Below are positions 1-13,119 of a stretch of DNA of 64,000 nt, piece by piece. Source of the stretch: Monocercomonoides exilis PA203 (lineage: Eukaryota; Protista; Preaxostyla); contig LSRY02000002.1 in the NCBI GenBank assembly GCA_001643675.2, positions 434,001-498,000 of the forward strand. Reading direction: 5' to 3'. How positions within the stretch are numbered: the first letter of the stretch is position 1; each line of letters starts with the position of its first letter. The notes under the pieces were generated by a model. It was not told the origin of the DNA. It did not search any database and was given only the letters and a program-made list of their open reading frames with translations. The position numbers and the translations under genes are program-made.

Positions 1-539
1 AAGCTTGAGGTGAAAGGACTTTCAGATCCATTTGGATTTTTGGATCCTCTTGTTGAAGACAAGCCTGCTGGTATGAGCTTTCCACTTTAAAATCACAGAA
101 AATTATGTCCATCATTTTTTAAATGAACTTATCAATTTTTTTGCGAATAAATGTCTATTTGACAGGTTGCTGGTCTCTTCAATACAACGGATTCGTCAAT
201 CTTGTGCAGCTGCGTTCTCTGTTGTTCCCCGGATACCAGCTCTTCCTGAGGCCCAACGGCAGAACTTCTGTTGAATCAGGCAGTGACGACGAAGACGACG
301 AGTTCGGTGGAAGTGCCTGGGGACAAGTGTATATTGGAAAAGGATTGATGAATGTAGACTTTCCATTTGAACTCCCCTCTGTTCCTATTGAGCAGACTTT
401 CCCTCACCTTCTCGATGATATTCTCAAGGACAACGAAGCAGAAAGGAAGAAGAAAGAAGCTGAAGAAGCTGAAAGAAAGCGTTTGGAGGAAGAAGCACTG
501 AGAGAAGCCGAGGAGGAACAAGAGGAAGAGCAGATGTAG
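1..539 (+). CDS. RSPH9: Radial spoke head protein 9 homolog, 3' part (gene starts before the window; intron 71-165)
   Basis: The spliced frame reads FLDPLVEDKPAG|CWSLQY..LVQLRSLLFPGY..WGQVYIGKGLMNVDFPFEL, matching the RSPH9 C-terminal pattern (FLD..D.P.GSWSLQ..LRSLLWPG..YVG.G.KN.DLPFML). The GTATGA..ACAG intron keeps the frame. A charged C-terminal tail follows. Confidence 0.85.
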
Positions 540-934
540 TTAAATTTTTAATTTTTTGTTTTTGATGTAAAAGAACTCAATAAACACCTCACTTTTTCTT
601 TTTCTTCTTCTGCACTCACTCTTATTATTGCTTTTCACAAAACAATCAGCTTGTAACTTATTTTTAATATAATTTTCTCATTGGAATATCAATGGGCTTG
701 TGATCTAACATTCTATTTTGAAATTGGATTTCATAGCGCAAGGTTACGTTGCAAAGAGTGTGCAATTTGTTGCTATTCTATATTTTAAGGTTATGTTCTG
801 AAATATAAAAATTTGATATTTCTCAAAACAATGAAATTTTACAAATGAACAAATTTGTTTTTCTTTTAAAAAAAATATGAACATTCCTTTTCATGAAATA
901 GCAAGTTCAACGTACGTAATTTATATTGCATATA

Positions 935-2485
935 ATGGACAGAGTTGTTACAAAAGCTTCTCTTCGCCATCTTCAAGAAAATATTTCCAGATTACAAGTA
1001 TCTTTGAAACAATTTGAAGAGAGCACAAAAAGCAACCATCTATTTTTGCAAGTTTATTCTTCTTTGCGGAAAAAATGGCCTAGACACCAAGGAATCGCAA
1101 GTGTACTTACGGCTGAACATTTATTATCACTTCTTCAAAGTTATGATTCTATTGACGAATATCTGAAAATTGGCCTTCTGAGTACTATACTTGTTTCTTC
1201 AAAAAAGTTTATAAAACAAATTTCTCCATACGCGCAAAAATTTATCATGAAAACAATGAATGACGATCATATCCTGGTGTATTTTTTCGGTCATGTTGTC
1301 GAATCATTCTTATCAAGAGGGCAAATCACTTACAAAAGTCTTGAAACAATTTTTCCAAAATTAATGATGCAATTAGAAATCCTTCACGATTATATTCCAC
1401 CCGCTTCTGATTTTGGAAGATTGTTTAACCTTTATCCAAATCAACAGAAGTGTTCCGAAGATAGCACTTCTCGTCAATTTAAAGTTGCTAAAAATCTTCC
1501 AAACTTTCAGCGTTCTCTTTTTGAAGCAATTCCAGAAGCATCCATATTCCTTTACAGAAGTGACATTGACTATGATGAAAATGACAAGAACGATCAAAAA
1601 TGGTTCAACACAAATGATACCTCATTTTTGGATGAGTTTTGCACAGTGGAACTCGAAGAGCCAATCTCAAAGCCAAAAACTACATTTAAAATTTCGATGA
1701 GGCGCATGCCCCAGCCATTTTCCAAGACGCCTGCAAAGCCAACAGACGAAGTCAAACCACTAATCACACAAAATGGTGATTCTAGTATTCAAGACACAAA
1801 TGCCATCTCTTCTTTGCCAGCAGCATCACCTCAAAATCAAATTTCCCGCTCCTCTCTTTATCCTTCGTCTTATTCGTCCTCAAATATCACAGCAAACAAC
1901 ATCAACGACCACACTGACACCAAAGAAGAACTTTCTCCTTCTTCACTTTCCTCATCCACTTTTCCATCTGATCAAACACGCTCCATTTCCAAATCGCCTT
2001 CGCCTTTCTCATCTTCCACAGCAAACGGGCAGCCACTGCGTCGTTCTCTCTCTCCTTCTCCAAGTTCATCCTCCTCCGCTGCTAAGCCTTCTGTGATGCT
2101 TGACCCAGGAAAGCTCCTTGTTCGCATTGAGCCCACCAACAGAGCAGGAACACGACTGGCACGGGCGCAAAAGGCGTCGCTGTTCCTTCCCTCGGCAAAC
2201 AGGCCCAAAAGACCAGCTTCGACTCCTTCTCATTCGCATTCTCCTTCTTCGTCCTCTTCTGCCTCCTCTTCGTTTTCTTTGGCTGCTTCCAACAATTCAT
2301 CCTCTTCATTTCGCTATCCTACAACATCTTCCTCTTCCTCCTCTTCCTCCTCCTCTTCATCGACATCATCTGCTCCTTATTCAACACATACTTTCATATT
2401 CAATACGTCTGCTGTGCAAAACGAGGGGATGTCGCAGCCTTTTGATCCAGCAGCCAGAGAGAGGCTGAAGAGAGAGGAGAGAGAA

Positions 2486-2516
<31 letters not shown>

Positions 2517-5350
2517 AAGAGAGAGAAAGAGAAAGACTGAGAGAGAAAGAGCTGATGAAAAGAAAGAAAAAACAAGCAGCTGCACAAAACAACAAGGCAG
2601 AGGCCAACAGCCAGCGCGAAGGCACGCCTTCAAGTTCCCCTTCTCCTGCTTCTTCGCCATCAGCCTTTCTCTATCAGACGCCTCCAACCACACCCCTTCC
2701 TCATTCATCGGCATCATCAACATCCTCGTCACCTTATTCCTCCTCTTCACAGTCACGCCAACAGCCTCAACTAAACCGCCGTCGTTCGATGTCTCCGTCT
2801 CAACGAGCTGTCAGCCCGTCTCAAATGCGCCGCTCTTCTTTGAGTCCGCCTTCATCTGCGTCTGCCCAGTCTGCTCAATCCACCCAATATGCTTCTTCTT
2901 CTTCTTCTGTTTCTTCTGTTTCTTCTGTTTCTTCTGCCTCTTCTGCCCCACCAGCACTGCCTGTGATGCCTGTGATCACACCACAGGCGATGGCTGAGCT
3001 GTCGATCGAAGAGCAGGTGAAGCTGCAGCAGCAGATGATTGCAGCAGCCGCAGCAGCACGAGAGAGGCAGATGAAGGAGGAGCAGAACAGGGTACAGGAA
3101 GCGAAGGGGAAAGAAGAGGTAAACTTAGCGCTTTCTGCAGGATTGGGGGCACGCATGGGAGATGGAGCACATTCAGAGGAGAAAGAGAAAGAGAGGAGGA
3201 GGATCGAGAAGGAAGTGAGAGAGCGAGAAAGGAAAGAGAGAGAAAGGAAAGCGAAAGTGGCTGCGATGATCAGCGGAGCGAGAGAGACGAGCACAGAAAG
3301 AGCAGACGAAACGAAGGAATTCAAGCCGAATCTGCTGCCGGACGAGATGAATGCAGCTGGAGGGCCAAAGAAAAAGAGAGGAAGAAAGAAGGCGAAAGAA
3401 GGAGCGGAAGGAGCGGAAGGAGGGAACGAAGGAGGAGGAGGAGGAGGGGGAGATGGAGGAGGATTAGGAGAGGCTGAGAACAAGCCAGCTAAGAAGCGGG
3501 GCAGAAAGCCAAAGGCACAAGAAGAGCCCAAAGCAGAAGAAGGAGGCTTCCCGCCACAACAACAGGGAATGGCACAGTTTCCGCGCAGAATGCCTCAGTC
3601 GTTTGAGATGCCGACGATGCAGATGGCACAAAGCCAGATGACTTCTCTTCAGCAGAAGATGTTTGCAGAAGGGCAGATGATGGCAAGAGATCAGAACAGA
3701 ACAAATGCAAATGCTGGCTTTCCAATGACAGTAACAGCAGGAACAGGAGCAGGAGTAGCAGTTAGTGGTGGAGCAAGTGGTGCTGTTAGTAACAGCAACA
3801 GCGGATTCTTCTCAGATCCTTCACGTCTTCTTCCACAGCAGAATGCGTCGCAGCCATTTTCTGGCTCTTTTCTGGGGATAACAGAGCCAGATATGATTGT
3901 GGCACAGACTCCTCTTCAGCTTCCTCAGCCATCCAACACACAAAACATACCTCAATTGGGCGATAGACAGCAAAGAATGTTCAATTCTCCTCTGCCAAAA
4001 CAGATGCAGTTTCCTCTTTCCAATCAGACTTCTGCTGCTCCTCCTGCATCTCTTGCGAAGAATGTGGCGAATTCGCCTGTTGCAATTCAAGCCAAACCGT
4101 CTGCTTTTAACTTCCCTTCTTTCACTTCCTCTCTCAACCAATCTTCTCCAATCTCTTCTTCTCCTCTGCAAATGCATGCAGCAACTCCTGCTTCGTTTCC
4201 AGGTGTCAAACAAATGCCATTATCTTTTCAGAATGAGCCACAAAAACAGCCAGCCATCACATTTGGCAATGCATCAGCTGCTGCTCCTCTTTCTCCTGTC
4301 AATTCAACAGCTCCATTTCCTTCTTCCTCTTCCTCTTCCTCTTCCTCTTCCTCTTCCTCTTCCTCTTCCTCATTTCCATCGACACCTTCAATGTCTTCTT
4401 CTTCCTCTTCTTCTGCTCCTTTTCCATCAGCTGCATCTTCCTTGTCTTCTTCAATGCCTTCCAATTTTTCTTCTTCTTTTGCCTTTCCAACAACATTAAA
4501 ATCCACCCCAACTGCTCCAACAGCACCTTCTTTACCAACAATGCCCACTGTCTCTTCCACATCAGCTTTATCAGCCACACAAAAAACATTAACTTCTTCA
4601 TCTTTCCCATCTTTGACTCCAACAACACCAACAACAATATCATCAGCATCATCAGCATCACCAGCTCCATCTTCTCTTCCTCTCACCCACCAACCTTCTC
4701 AACCTCTTTCTCAACCTCTTCCTTCTTCCATCTCAGCTGCCCTCAAAGTTAATCCTTCACTTCAACAGTCTCTTCGCCCTGCTCTTTCTTCTTTCCAATC
4801 AAACTTCCGCCTTCCCACACAACAACCGCCTCCAACTCTGCCTTCTTTCATGGCAGAAACCTTCTTCCCTTCATCTTCTGCATCCAACCCTTCGTTCTGT
4901 GCTTCTTTCAACTCAACACCAAAAATGCCCTCTTCTTCTTCTTCCTCTTCTTCCTCCTCTCTCCCAGGCAACCAGCCCACCCCCACTTCACAAGCGCCTC
5001 CTCCTCCTCCTCCTCTCTCTGCACAATCATTCACTGGCCCTTCCTTTATGCTGTCGATGACTTCATTCAACCCGTCCCACCAGCCAGCGATGCAAGTTGC
5101 CCCGCTCAATGCTGCTGAGTATGATGCCATGCTCCACGAATACGAGAACAACGAGGACTCTGACACAGATATGGGCCCCCGCACTGGGCGTAGGTCAGCT
5201 AGGGAACCAGGTTCGGAGGGAGGAAGGGGGAGAGGAAGGGGCAGAGGAGGCGGAGGGAGAGGGAGAGGGAGAGGGAGAGGAGGTAAGTCGAGTCGAAAAA
5301 TGGATGACTTTTTCGCTGAAGATTCTTTTTCAGACGAGGAAGAAATGTAG
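935..5350 (+). CDS. Large low-complexity nuclear protein with an N-terminal NELF-A-like domain
   Basis: Single ORF with first ATG at 935. Residues ~57-135 (IASVLTAEHLL..YLKIGLLSTIL..NDDHILVYFFGHVVESF..GQI) align without gaps by eye to the NELF-A N-terminus. The rest contains Ser/Pro-rich tracts, an RE/KE repeat, KKRGRK basic motifs and an RG-rich end. Confidence 0.7.
2455..2550 (+). repeat. GA-rich repeat encoding an Arg/Glu/Lys (REKERE) tract
   Basis: (GAGAAAGAGAGA)-type units are visible in the sequence. Confidence 0.8.
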
Positions 5351-5535
5351 TTATCATTTCACATAGCAATACATTACAAAGTTAAAATATATTTTCAATC
5401 AATTCACATATTAAAAAAATTGGACTTTTCATGAAAAATTGTATATTTTAATTATTTCGGGATTTTAATGAATTTCATTATGGTTAAACTCCAATATAAT
5501 TTACCTTGTGTTCTTGCCCTTTGTTTCATTTTTCG

Positions 5536-8500
5536 ATGTCTCAACAGGAAGATCTGTTGCGCAAGATAATGGAACCTCGAGCAATGAGGAAGTTTCAGAA
5601 ATCTTACGGTAGCTATTGGATAATTAGTTAATTTTCTTTTTTTTATTTTCATACCTTATTCAGATGACGACATACTGGTGCAACAACTTGAGCCGACCGA
5701 AAATCATGATTGCAAAAATTTGGCAAAGCGTTCTAGTTCGACTTCAAGCTTATTATCTGAAAGCAGAAATACAGTGAAAGCAATAAAAGACTTTCCGAAA
5801 ACTGACACTCAGTCCTTTTCAACTGATGAAGAAACAGAAAAGCAAGTCGAATGCGATACCGTCCAATCGAATTTTTGTTCTTGCTTAGATGTTCACCAAA
5901 AATTTCTTTTTGATTCAATGAAGCAGAGCGAAAAACATTTAAATTCTTCGTATTGCCAAGAATTACAAAATGACGAGACAATATTGTCATCAGCATCACA
6001 ACATTTATCAATTTTATCAGATGATTTTGAATTTGAGAATAATTTATATACGTCTGATTCTCAATTTAATGAAAATTTTTCATCAAATCCTTCATTAGTA
6101 TCAAAAGATGAAATTGCAGCAAAATCATCTCCTCATTCGCCTATAATAGAAAAAGAAAATGAAAAACTAATGGATGAAGAGAGAAATGCACACAGTTCTA
6201 ACTTGCTTATTCCTTTGTCACCTGTTTCAGTGGTAAGTCAAATATCTGAACCTCCATCTCCCTGTTCAAATTTTTCAACACCCTCTCGGTTATCAACGCC
6301 AACTTCGTCTTGCATCACATCCATGACATCGCCTAGCCTGATTCCTCGATCATTGTCTGCGACATTAGGATTTTTCCCATCTATCACACCAACCTCTTTG
6401 ACCCCAACCAGCTCTTTTTTGTCATCATCTTCATTGAACTCAACACAGCAAGCCTCGTTTTTGTCTGACGATGCGTTCATTGCCAGTGGATGCGACACCG
6501 TTGGATATATAACATATTCCCAGACTGTTCAGGAGGAGAAGCCTTCTTCGCCAGATATTGCGCCTCGTGCCCAGGTTTTTGTGGCTGCTGAAAGCGAGCA
6601 GCTGATTTATCCCAACATTTCCGAAGCAAATCTGTCGAATGGCTTCAGCAACAACAAGCACAGCATGGGCCAGCCGTTTGCCTGCAATGTGTTTGAGGAA
6701 GAACAAGAAGTGGACACAGACAATGATAGCATTCAGGATTCAAAGGAGTTTGAAATGCCAAAAATGACAGAAGAGTGTATAAGTTGCAATGAAGTTGAAA
6801 CAACAGAACAAGAAGCAATTCAGAAGTCTTTGGATTCTGATGCTTCTTCCTCGTTCCCTTCTGTTACTGTGCAGTTGGACCAATCAAATGAAGCTTTAAA
6901 TGGCCTGCCAATATCCTTGGCAGCATCAAATTGTGTTTCTGATAAGCCTCTTTCTTCTTCTTCTTCTTCCTCTTCTTTCTCTTCCTCCTCCTTCTCATCA
7001 TTATCGTCATTGCCTTCATCCGCTGTATTCCCTTCCCCAGGCATTTCAAACAGCTCTTCGCTTCCTTTGTATCTATTTCCCTGTTCTTTGAATGGCTCAT
7101 CTGACACAAATGCTTCTTCAGCCTCTTCAAATGAGGTAACGGATACCCAAATTAACAGCAAGTCTGCTCTTCAATCTGCTTTCAACACTGAAAATATTGA
7201 TGGGAATAACACATCCTCTGATACTTCTTCCTCTTCTTCCTCTTCCTCCTCTTCTTCTCCCTCACATTCTTCTTCTTCGCTCTCTGAAACAAAAGAACCT
7301 TCTCCTTCTCTTTCTCTTCCTCTTCCTCATTCACATTCAACACCCTCTGATTTGACATCAGCTTCAATCAATTCTGAACAATCTTCAATACGAACATCAC
7401 AAAGCAAACCTTCTCTTGTCTCAGAAGAAGCAACCTTACAGCACAACAAGGAAGATGCAAATGACATTGCACAAACAGCATATATTAATGCTGATCTCAA
7501 GAATGATCTGAGTTATCGTCCTTCTCTTTCTTCCTCTTCTCCTTCCTCTTCCTCTTCCTCTTCCGCTCTACCTTCCTTCCCTCAGTCCACTGCAACTTCA
7601 ATCAAATTGTCCTCCAAAATAAGCTCAAAAAGCACAAATCTTCTCACTCCTGTTGAAGTGAATTCATCATCATCATCTTCTTCTTCCTCCTTTTCCTCTT
7701 CTCCCATCCAAAGCAAAACCCCTCCTTCCCCCTCCACCTTCTCCTCCTTCCTCGACAAATGCTCCCATCTCTCTGTAGCCATCACTTCTTCTTCCTCCTC
7801 CTCCTCTTCTCCTCCTTCCTCTTCCTCTTCCTCTTCACCTTCCTCTTCCTCTTCCTCTTCACCTTCCTCCTCTCCTTCCTCTTTATCCAATCAATCTACA
7901 GACACCTCAAATTCAACCAATTCTTCCAACTTCTCCAACACATTAAACACCTCTTCCCCTCCCTCTGCTTCTGAGCAGCGCAGTCAGACACACTCCAACA
8001 ACCTTTCCACAGATTCTTCCTCTTCCGATGCTTCTTCCGATGCTTCTTCGGATTCTGCTAACACTTCTGATGTGCCTTCTCCAAACAGCTCTTCGTTCTC
8101 TTTCAGCAGATCGAGTGCTGTTTTGCCACTGAAGAATGAAGCGGGACAGAAGAATGAGGAGGAGGTGGAGGAAGAGGAAGAGGAAGAGGAGGAAGAAGAG
8201 AAGGAAGAAGAAGAAGAAGAAGAGGAAGAAGAAGAGGAGAAAGAAGAGGAAGAGGAGAAAGAGAAGATTTTTGATGACAAAATGAATGAAGAGAACGAGA
8301 AGGTTGTTGAATTAAGTCAGACGAATGAGACACATGTGAATGAAACAGGACAAGAAACTATTCCATCATCATCATCTTTATCATCATCAACTTCTTCTTC
8401 CACCACCACCACCACCACCACCTCTTCTTCTTCTTCTTCTTCTCCTTCTCCATCAGCATCATCAACCTCCTCCTCCTCATCCTCCTCATCTATTTCATCA

Positions 8501-9226
8501 TCTTTTGCCTCTTCTGTCCCTCTTTTAGGTGGCAAGCCCCCATTACAAGAGATACCCCTGTCACTTCCTCCTCCACCACACGTTCAATCTTCCTCTTCTT
8601 CTCTTTCTTCTTCTTCTCTTTCTTCTTCTTCTTCTACCTCTTCATCTCAATCTTTAACTCAATCTTTAGCTCAATCGTTGCCTCAACCTCTTCGCCAGCC
8701 TCTTCTCCAATCAAAACCCCAGTTTCCTCTTCAACCTCTTCCTCACCCGCTTTCAGATGCTTCTTCTCTTCCTCTTCCTCTTCCCCTTTCTCTTTCTCTT
8801 CCTCTTCCTTCTTCTCTTCCTCTTTCTCTTTCTCTCTCTCACACTCTCTCACCCACTGCGTTGTCTCAAATGAATGCTTCTTCTGATTCTTCTTCTTCCT
8901 CTTCTTCTTCTTCTGCGTTAGCAACACCAACAATATCTTCTTCTTCCTCCTCCTCCTCCTTTTCCCCCTCTCCCCCTTCTTCTTCCTCTTCTTCTTCCTC
9001 TTCCCTGTTCCCTTCATTCATTCTTCCTACTTCTGTTGTTCAGATCCAATCTTCTTTGCCTTCATCATCATCATCATCGTCGTCGTCATCATCATCATCA
9101 TCATCTTCTTCTTCCTCTTCAAATGTTTCTTCGTTTTATTCACAAAACATCACCACACCTCCACAATTATTGTTTGAGGAAAAAGCAAATGCTAATTTAA
9201 CCTCTTCTTCTCCTTTCTCTAACTCT

Positions 9227-9257
<31 letters not shown>

Positions 9258-10132
9258 ATCTCTCTTCCTCCTCCTCTTCCTCTCTCTCTCCTCATCCTCC
9301 TCTCAACATCGCATTCGCCTCTTTAGCCACAAATGCTTACCTCCCTTTCATTCAACCTCCTTCTTTCTCTCCACAGACAACAAAATATTCCTCAGCTCAT
9401 CCAAATGACTTCTCTTTCTCTTCAGACGCTGCGGGGACACTTCTGTATCCTTCTATGCTTCCTCCGCCTCCTCCTTCTGCTTCTTCTTCTTCTTCTTCTT
9501 TTTCTTCTTCTTCTTCTTCAGCTTTAACTTCTGCTTCTGTCTCTTCTCCAACCTCAGTTTCAGCGTTAACTCTTGCTCCTTCTCCTGCTCCTTCATCATC
9601 ATCATCATCATCATCATCATCTTCTTCTTCTTCTTCCTCTTCTTCCTTTTCATTTCCTTCTTCTTCTTCTTCTTCTTCTTCTTCTCTTCCATCTTCTCTC
9701 TATCCAACATCTTATTTCTCTTTGTTTGCCTCACCCCGCCCTCCTCTTGCTGTTTGCTTTGGATCTTTAGCCTCTTCTCCTCAACCCTCCACAAATACAC
9801 TGGAATTTCCTTCTTCTTCTTCTTCTTCTTCATCCTCCTCCTCTTCTTCTTTCCCTTCTTTTTCTTTTTTCCCTTCTTCCTCTTCCTCTTTCTCCTCTTC
9901 CTCCTCTCCTTCTCCCTCTTCTTTCTCTTCTCCTTCTTCTTCTTCCTCCTCTTCTTCCTCTTCAAATGGGATGATCACTCAGATGAATACAACAGGGAAC
10001 ACAACTCCAAATGAAATAGGAATGCAACAAAACATAACAACAGCTCAACAGATGGACAATCAGAACATTTTGTTTGATAATTCCTTTGCGTCTTCTTCTT
10101 CCTCTTCTTCCTCTTCTTCTCCTCTTTCTTCT

Positions 10133-10165
<33 letters not shown>

Positions 10166-11864
10166 GTCTCTTCTCCTTCTTCTATTTCATCATCATCGTC
10201 ATCATTTTCTTCCCCTCTTTCTTTTTCTCCTTCAACTTCTTCTCCTTATTCCTCATCATTTTCTTCCTCCTCTTCTTCTTCTCTCTCTCCCACTTCTTCT
10301 TCTTCTTCCTCAGCCATCTCCACACCCCTCTTTTCCTCCGCAATCATTTATTCTTCTTCTTCTCATTCTCCTTCTGTTTCTTCCTCTTCTCATTCTTCTT
10401 CTTCTTCTTCTTCTTCTTCTTCTTCTTCTTCTTCTTCTTCTTCTTCTTCTTCTTCTTCTTCTTCTTCTTCTTCTTCTTCTTCTTCTTCTTCTTCTTCTTC
10501 TTCTTCTTCTTCTTCTTCTTCTGCTCGTGTTGCTCCTGACTTGCCTATTTCAATGCAGAAGATGAAAATGCCCCTGTCTGTTGAATCAAACAATGCTACT
10601 GGCAATGGTATGATGATTATATTTATGTTTATATTTTATTTATTTGTTGACATTTCCTTTATTTGTTTGAAACAAAAAATAAACATTTTTTCCTTTCCTT
10701 CCCTTCCCTTTCCTTCCCTTCCCTTCCCTTCCCTTCCCTTTTCTTTTCTTTTCTTTTCTTTTCTTTTCTTTTCTTTTCTTTTCTTTCTTTTTTCAACATT
10801 ATTATTTTTGACAAATTTTATTTATTTTTTTTCTTTCACATTTCTCATTCTAATCACATTTATTCCTTTTTTCTCTGTTTCTGTCAAAAGAAATGCCCCA
10901 TCCACCATCTTCTCAAGGAAAACGCGCTGAAAAAGTGAAAAATGCACAATTCCAACAGAACCCACAACAAAATTCGCATCTTCAGCCTCAACAGCAGCAG
11001 AATCAGAATCAGAACCAGAATCAGCAGCAGCAGCAGCAGCAGAAGAGGAGTGGGAGGGAGAGAAGAAGAGAAGAAAATCAAAGAATGCAAAACAGAGGGA
11101 AAAAAGAGGAGAAGAACAGTTCTTCATTCAAGTATTATGGAAAAAAGTTTTATTTCTCCAGTGAAAGAGAAGAGAAAGGGGGCAATGAGCAAACAAAGAG
11201 CAGAAACAGATTGAGCGAAAGAAGCAGGAAAAACGAAGAAGGAAAAGAAGGAAGAGAAGGAAAAGAAACAAAAGAAACAAAAGAAACAAAAGAAATTAGA
11301 GAAAGAAAAGAAAACAAAGAAAACAAAGAAAACAAAGTGAAGAATTCAAAAAGCATTGAGAATAAGACAAAAGATAGTTCAGACAGGAAGAGCCAAAAAA
11401 GGAAAGAGGAAGAAGAAGCAGACGAAGAAGGATGGTCTTATCACACGCTGCAGACACCTCATCATCAAAAAAACGATGTTTCAACAGCTTCTGATCAAAA
11501 GAATGAAATAAAAGCAATTGCTTTTTCTCTATCTTCTTCTTCTTCTTCCTCCTCCTCTTCCTCCTCCTCTTCCTCTCCTTCTTCCTCTTCATTGTCCTCC
11601 TCCTCCTCCTCCTCCTCTCCTTCCACTTCTTCTTCAAATTCTTCACATTCGTCACATTCTTCTTCTTCCATTGCTTCTTCCCTCTTCTTCCCTGCCATCC
11701 CTCCCACCCCTTTCACTCCTCCTTCCTCTTCTTCTTCCTCTTCTTCTTCCTCTTCTCCCTCTTCTCCCTCTTCTCCCTCTTCTTCTTCCTCTTCTTCTTC
11801 TTCCATTTCTCATTCTTCTTCTCGAAGCGTTCATTCTCCTGTTATCTTTCAATCCTTTTCCTCT

Positions 11865-11899
<35 letters not shown>

Positions 11900-13119
11900 T
11901 TCCTCCTCCTCTTCCTCTTCCTCCTCTTCTTCTTCTTTCACCTCCTCCTCTTCTTCCCTCCTCCCAGCTCTTCGCACCCTCTCCTCTTTCGATGCCTCCA
12001 CCAAACAGCTCGTCGAAAAGAAGGATCTTTCCCTTCTCCCACACTACATCCATCTTTTCCCTTCTCTCTGCACTCAGAGAAGATTCAGAGGCTACTTCAA
12101 GGCAACCCTGTCGAGAGAGAGACAAACAGCGTGGATATCGTCAGCTGAGGTGTGATTGGAACATGTTTAGGGAAAGAATTTATTTATTTATTTTTTTCTT
12201 TTTTTTTCTTTTTTTTTTTCTTTTTCTTTCTTTTTCTTTCTTTTTCTTTCTTTTTCTTTTTTTTTTTTTTTTTTTTTTCTTTTTTTTTCTTTTTTTTTCT
12301 TTTTTCTTTTTCTTTTTCTTTTTTTTTTTTTTTTTGTTCTTTTCTCGTTTTTATTCGTTTGTATTCATTTTTCAATGCAATTATTTTATTTATTTATTTT
12401 TAATCGCAAATTAATTCTTATCTCTTTCTATGCTTTTCTTTCTCTATCAATCTATCTCTTCTTCTTCTCACCTCTTCTCTTTCTTCTTCTTCTCTTCTTT
12501 CTCTCTCCTTCTCCTCCTCCTCCTCCTCTTCCCTTTCCAGTTCCCCGACAACGTCTTCTGTGACCTCCGCCGTGTTCGCCCGTCCCAGCGCCATCTGATG
12601 GAGCCTGGCTATGCTGTCGAATTCAACATCACCTTGAACCAGAAGGAGATGTCATACTTTTCTGCTGTCGACCCATTCATCTATTCGCCTGCTGAAGCCA
12701 AGCCCAACGAGAAGGAGAGGTGCGTGTGTATGTTCTATGGATCGCCCAGGGGATGCAGAAAGGGCAGTGAATGCCCTTTCATTCATGTCAATCCAGTTTT
12801 TGTGGACAAAGCTGACAGCAAGGGAAGGGTTCCGATTAATGTTCCGTTGTTTGTGCCTGCAAAGGGTAACTTGGCTGAGTCTGCTGGGGCTGTGGCTAAT
12901 TCTTCTTCTTCTTCTTCTTCTTCTTCTTCTGCTTCTTCTTTGGCTTCATCATCATCATCTTCTTCTTCAATTCCATCTTCTTCTGCTTCCTCTCCTGCTT
13001 CTTCCTCTTATTCTGCTCCACCCACTGCACAGGCAGCGTTTTCACCTGGTTTTTTGACTTTTGCTTTACCTGCCTCTTCTGCTCCTTCTTCATTTTACGT
13101 TGCAATGCAATCGATGTAA
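5536..13119 (+). CDS. Very large poly-Ser protein with a C-terminal cold-shock (OB)-like domain and CCCH zinc finger; 4 exons (5536-5608, 5664-10607, 10891-12149, 12541-13119)
   Basis: GT..AG introns at 5609-5663, 10608-10890 and 12150-12540 join ORFs 5678, 10893 and 12430 in frame. The spliced C-terminus reads RFRGYFK..TAWISSAE|FPDNVFCD..GYAVEFNI (CSD-like), then CMFYGSPRGCRKGSECPFIH (C-x8-C-x5-C-x3-H). Confidence 0.75.
10394..10521 (+). repeat. Perfect (TCT)n microsatellite of about 40 units encoding poly-Ser
   Basis: Uninterrupted tct run inside the coding exon. Confidence 0.95.
10692..10792 (+). repeat. Intronic (CCCTT)n followed by (TTTTC)n pentanucleotide microsatellites
   Basis: Directly visible in intron 10608-10890. 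Confidence 0.9.

Noticed and set aside
6800-12420. Many antisense or alternate-frame poly-Glu, poly-Lys, poly-Leu and poly-Phe ORFs
   Set aside because: Shadows of TCT/TCC microsatellites and intronic poly-T tracts, which lack stop codons.
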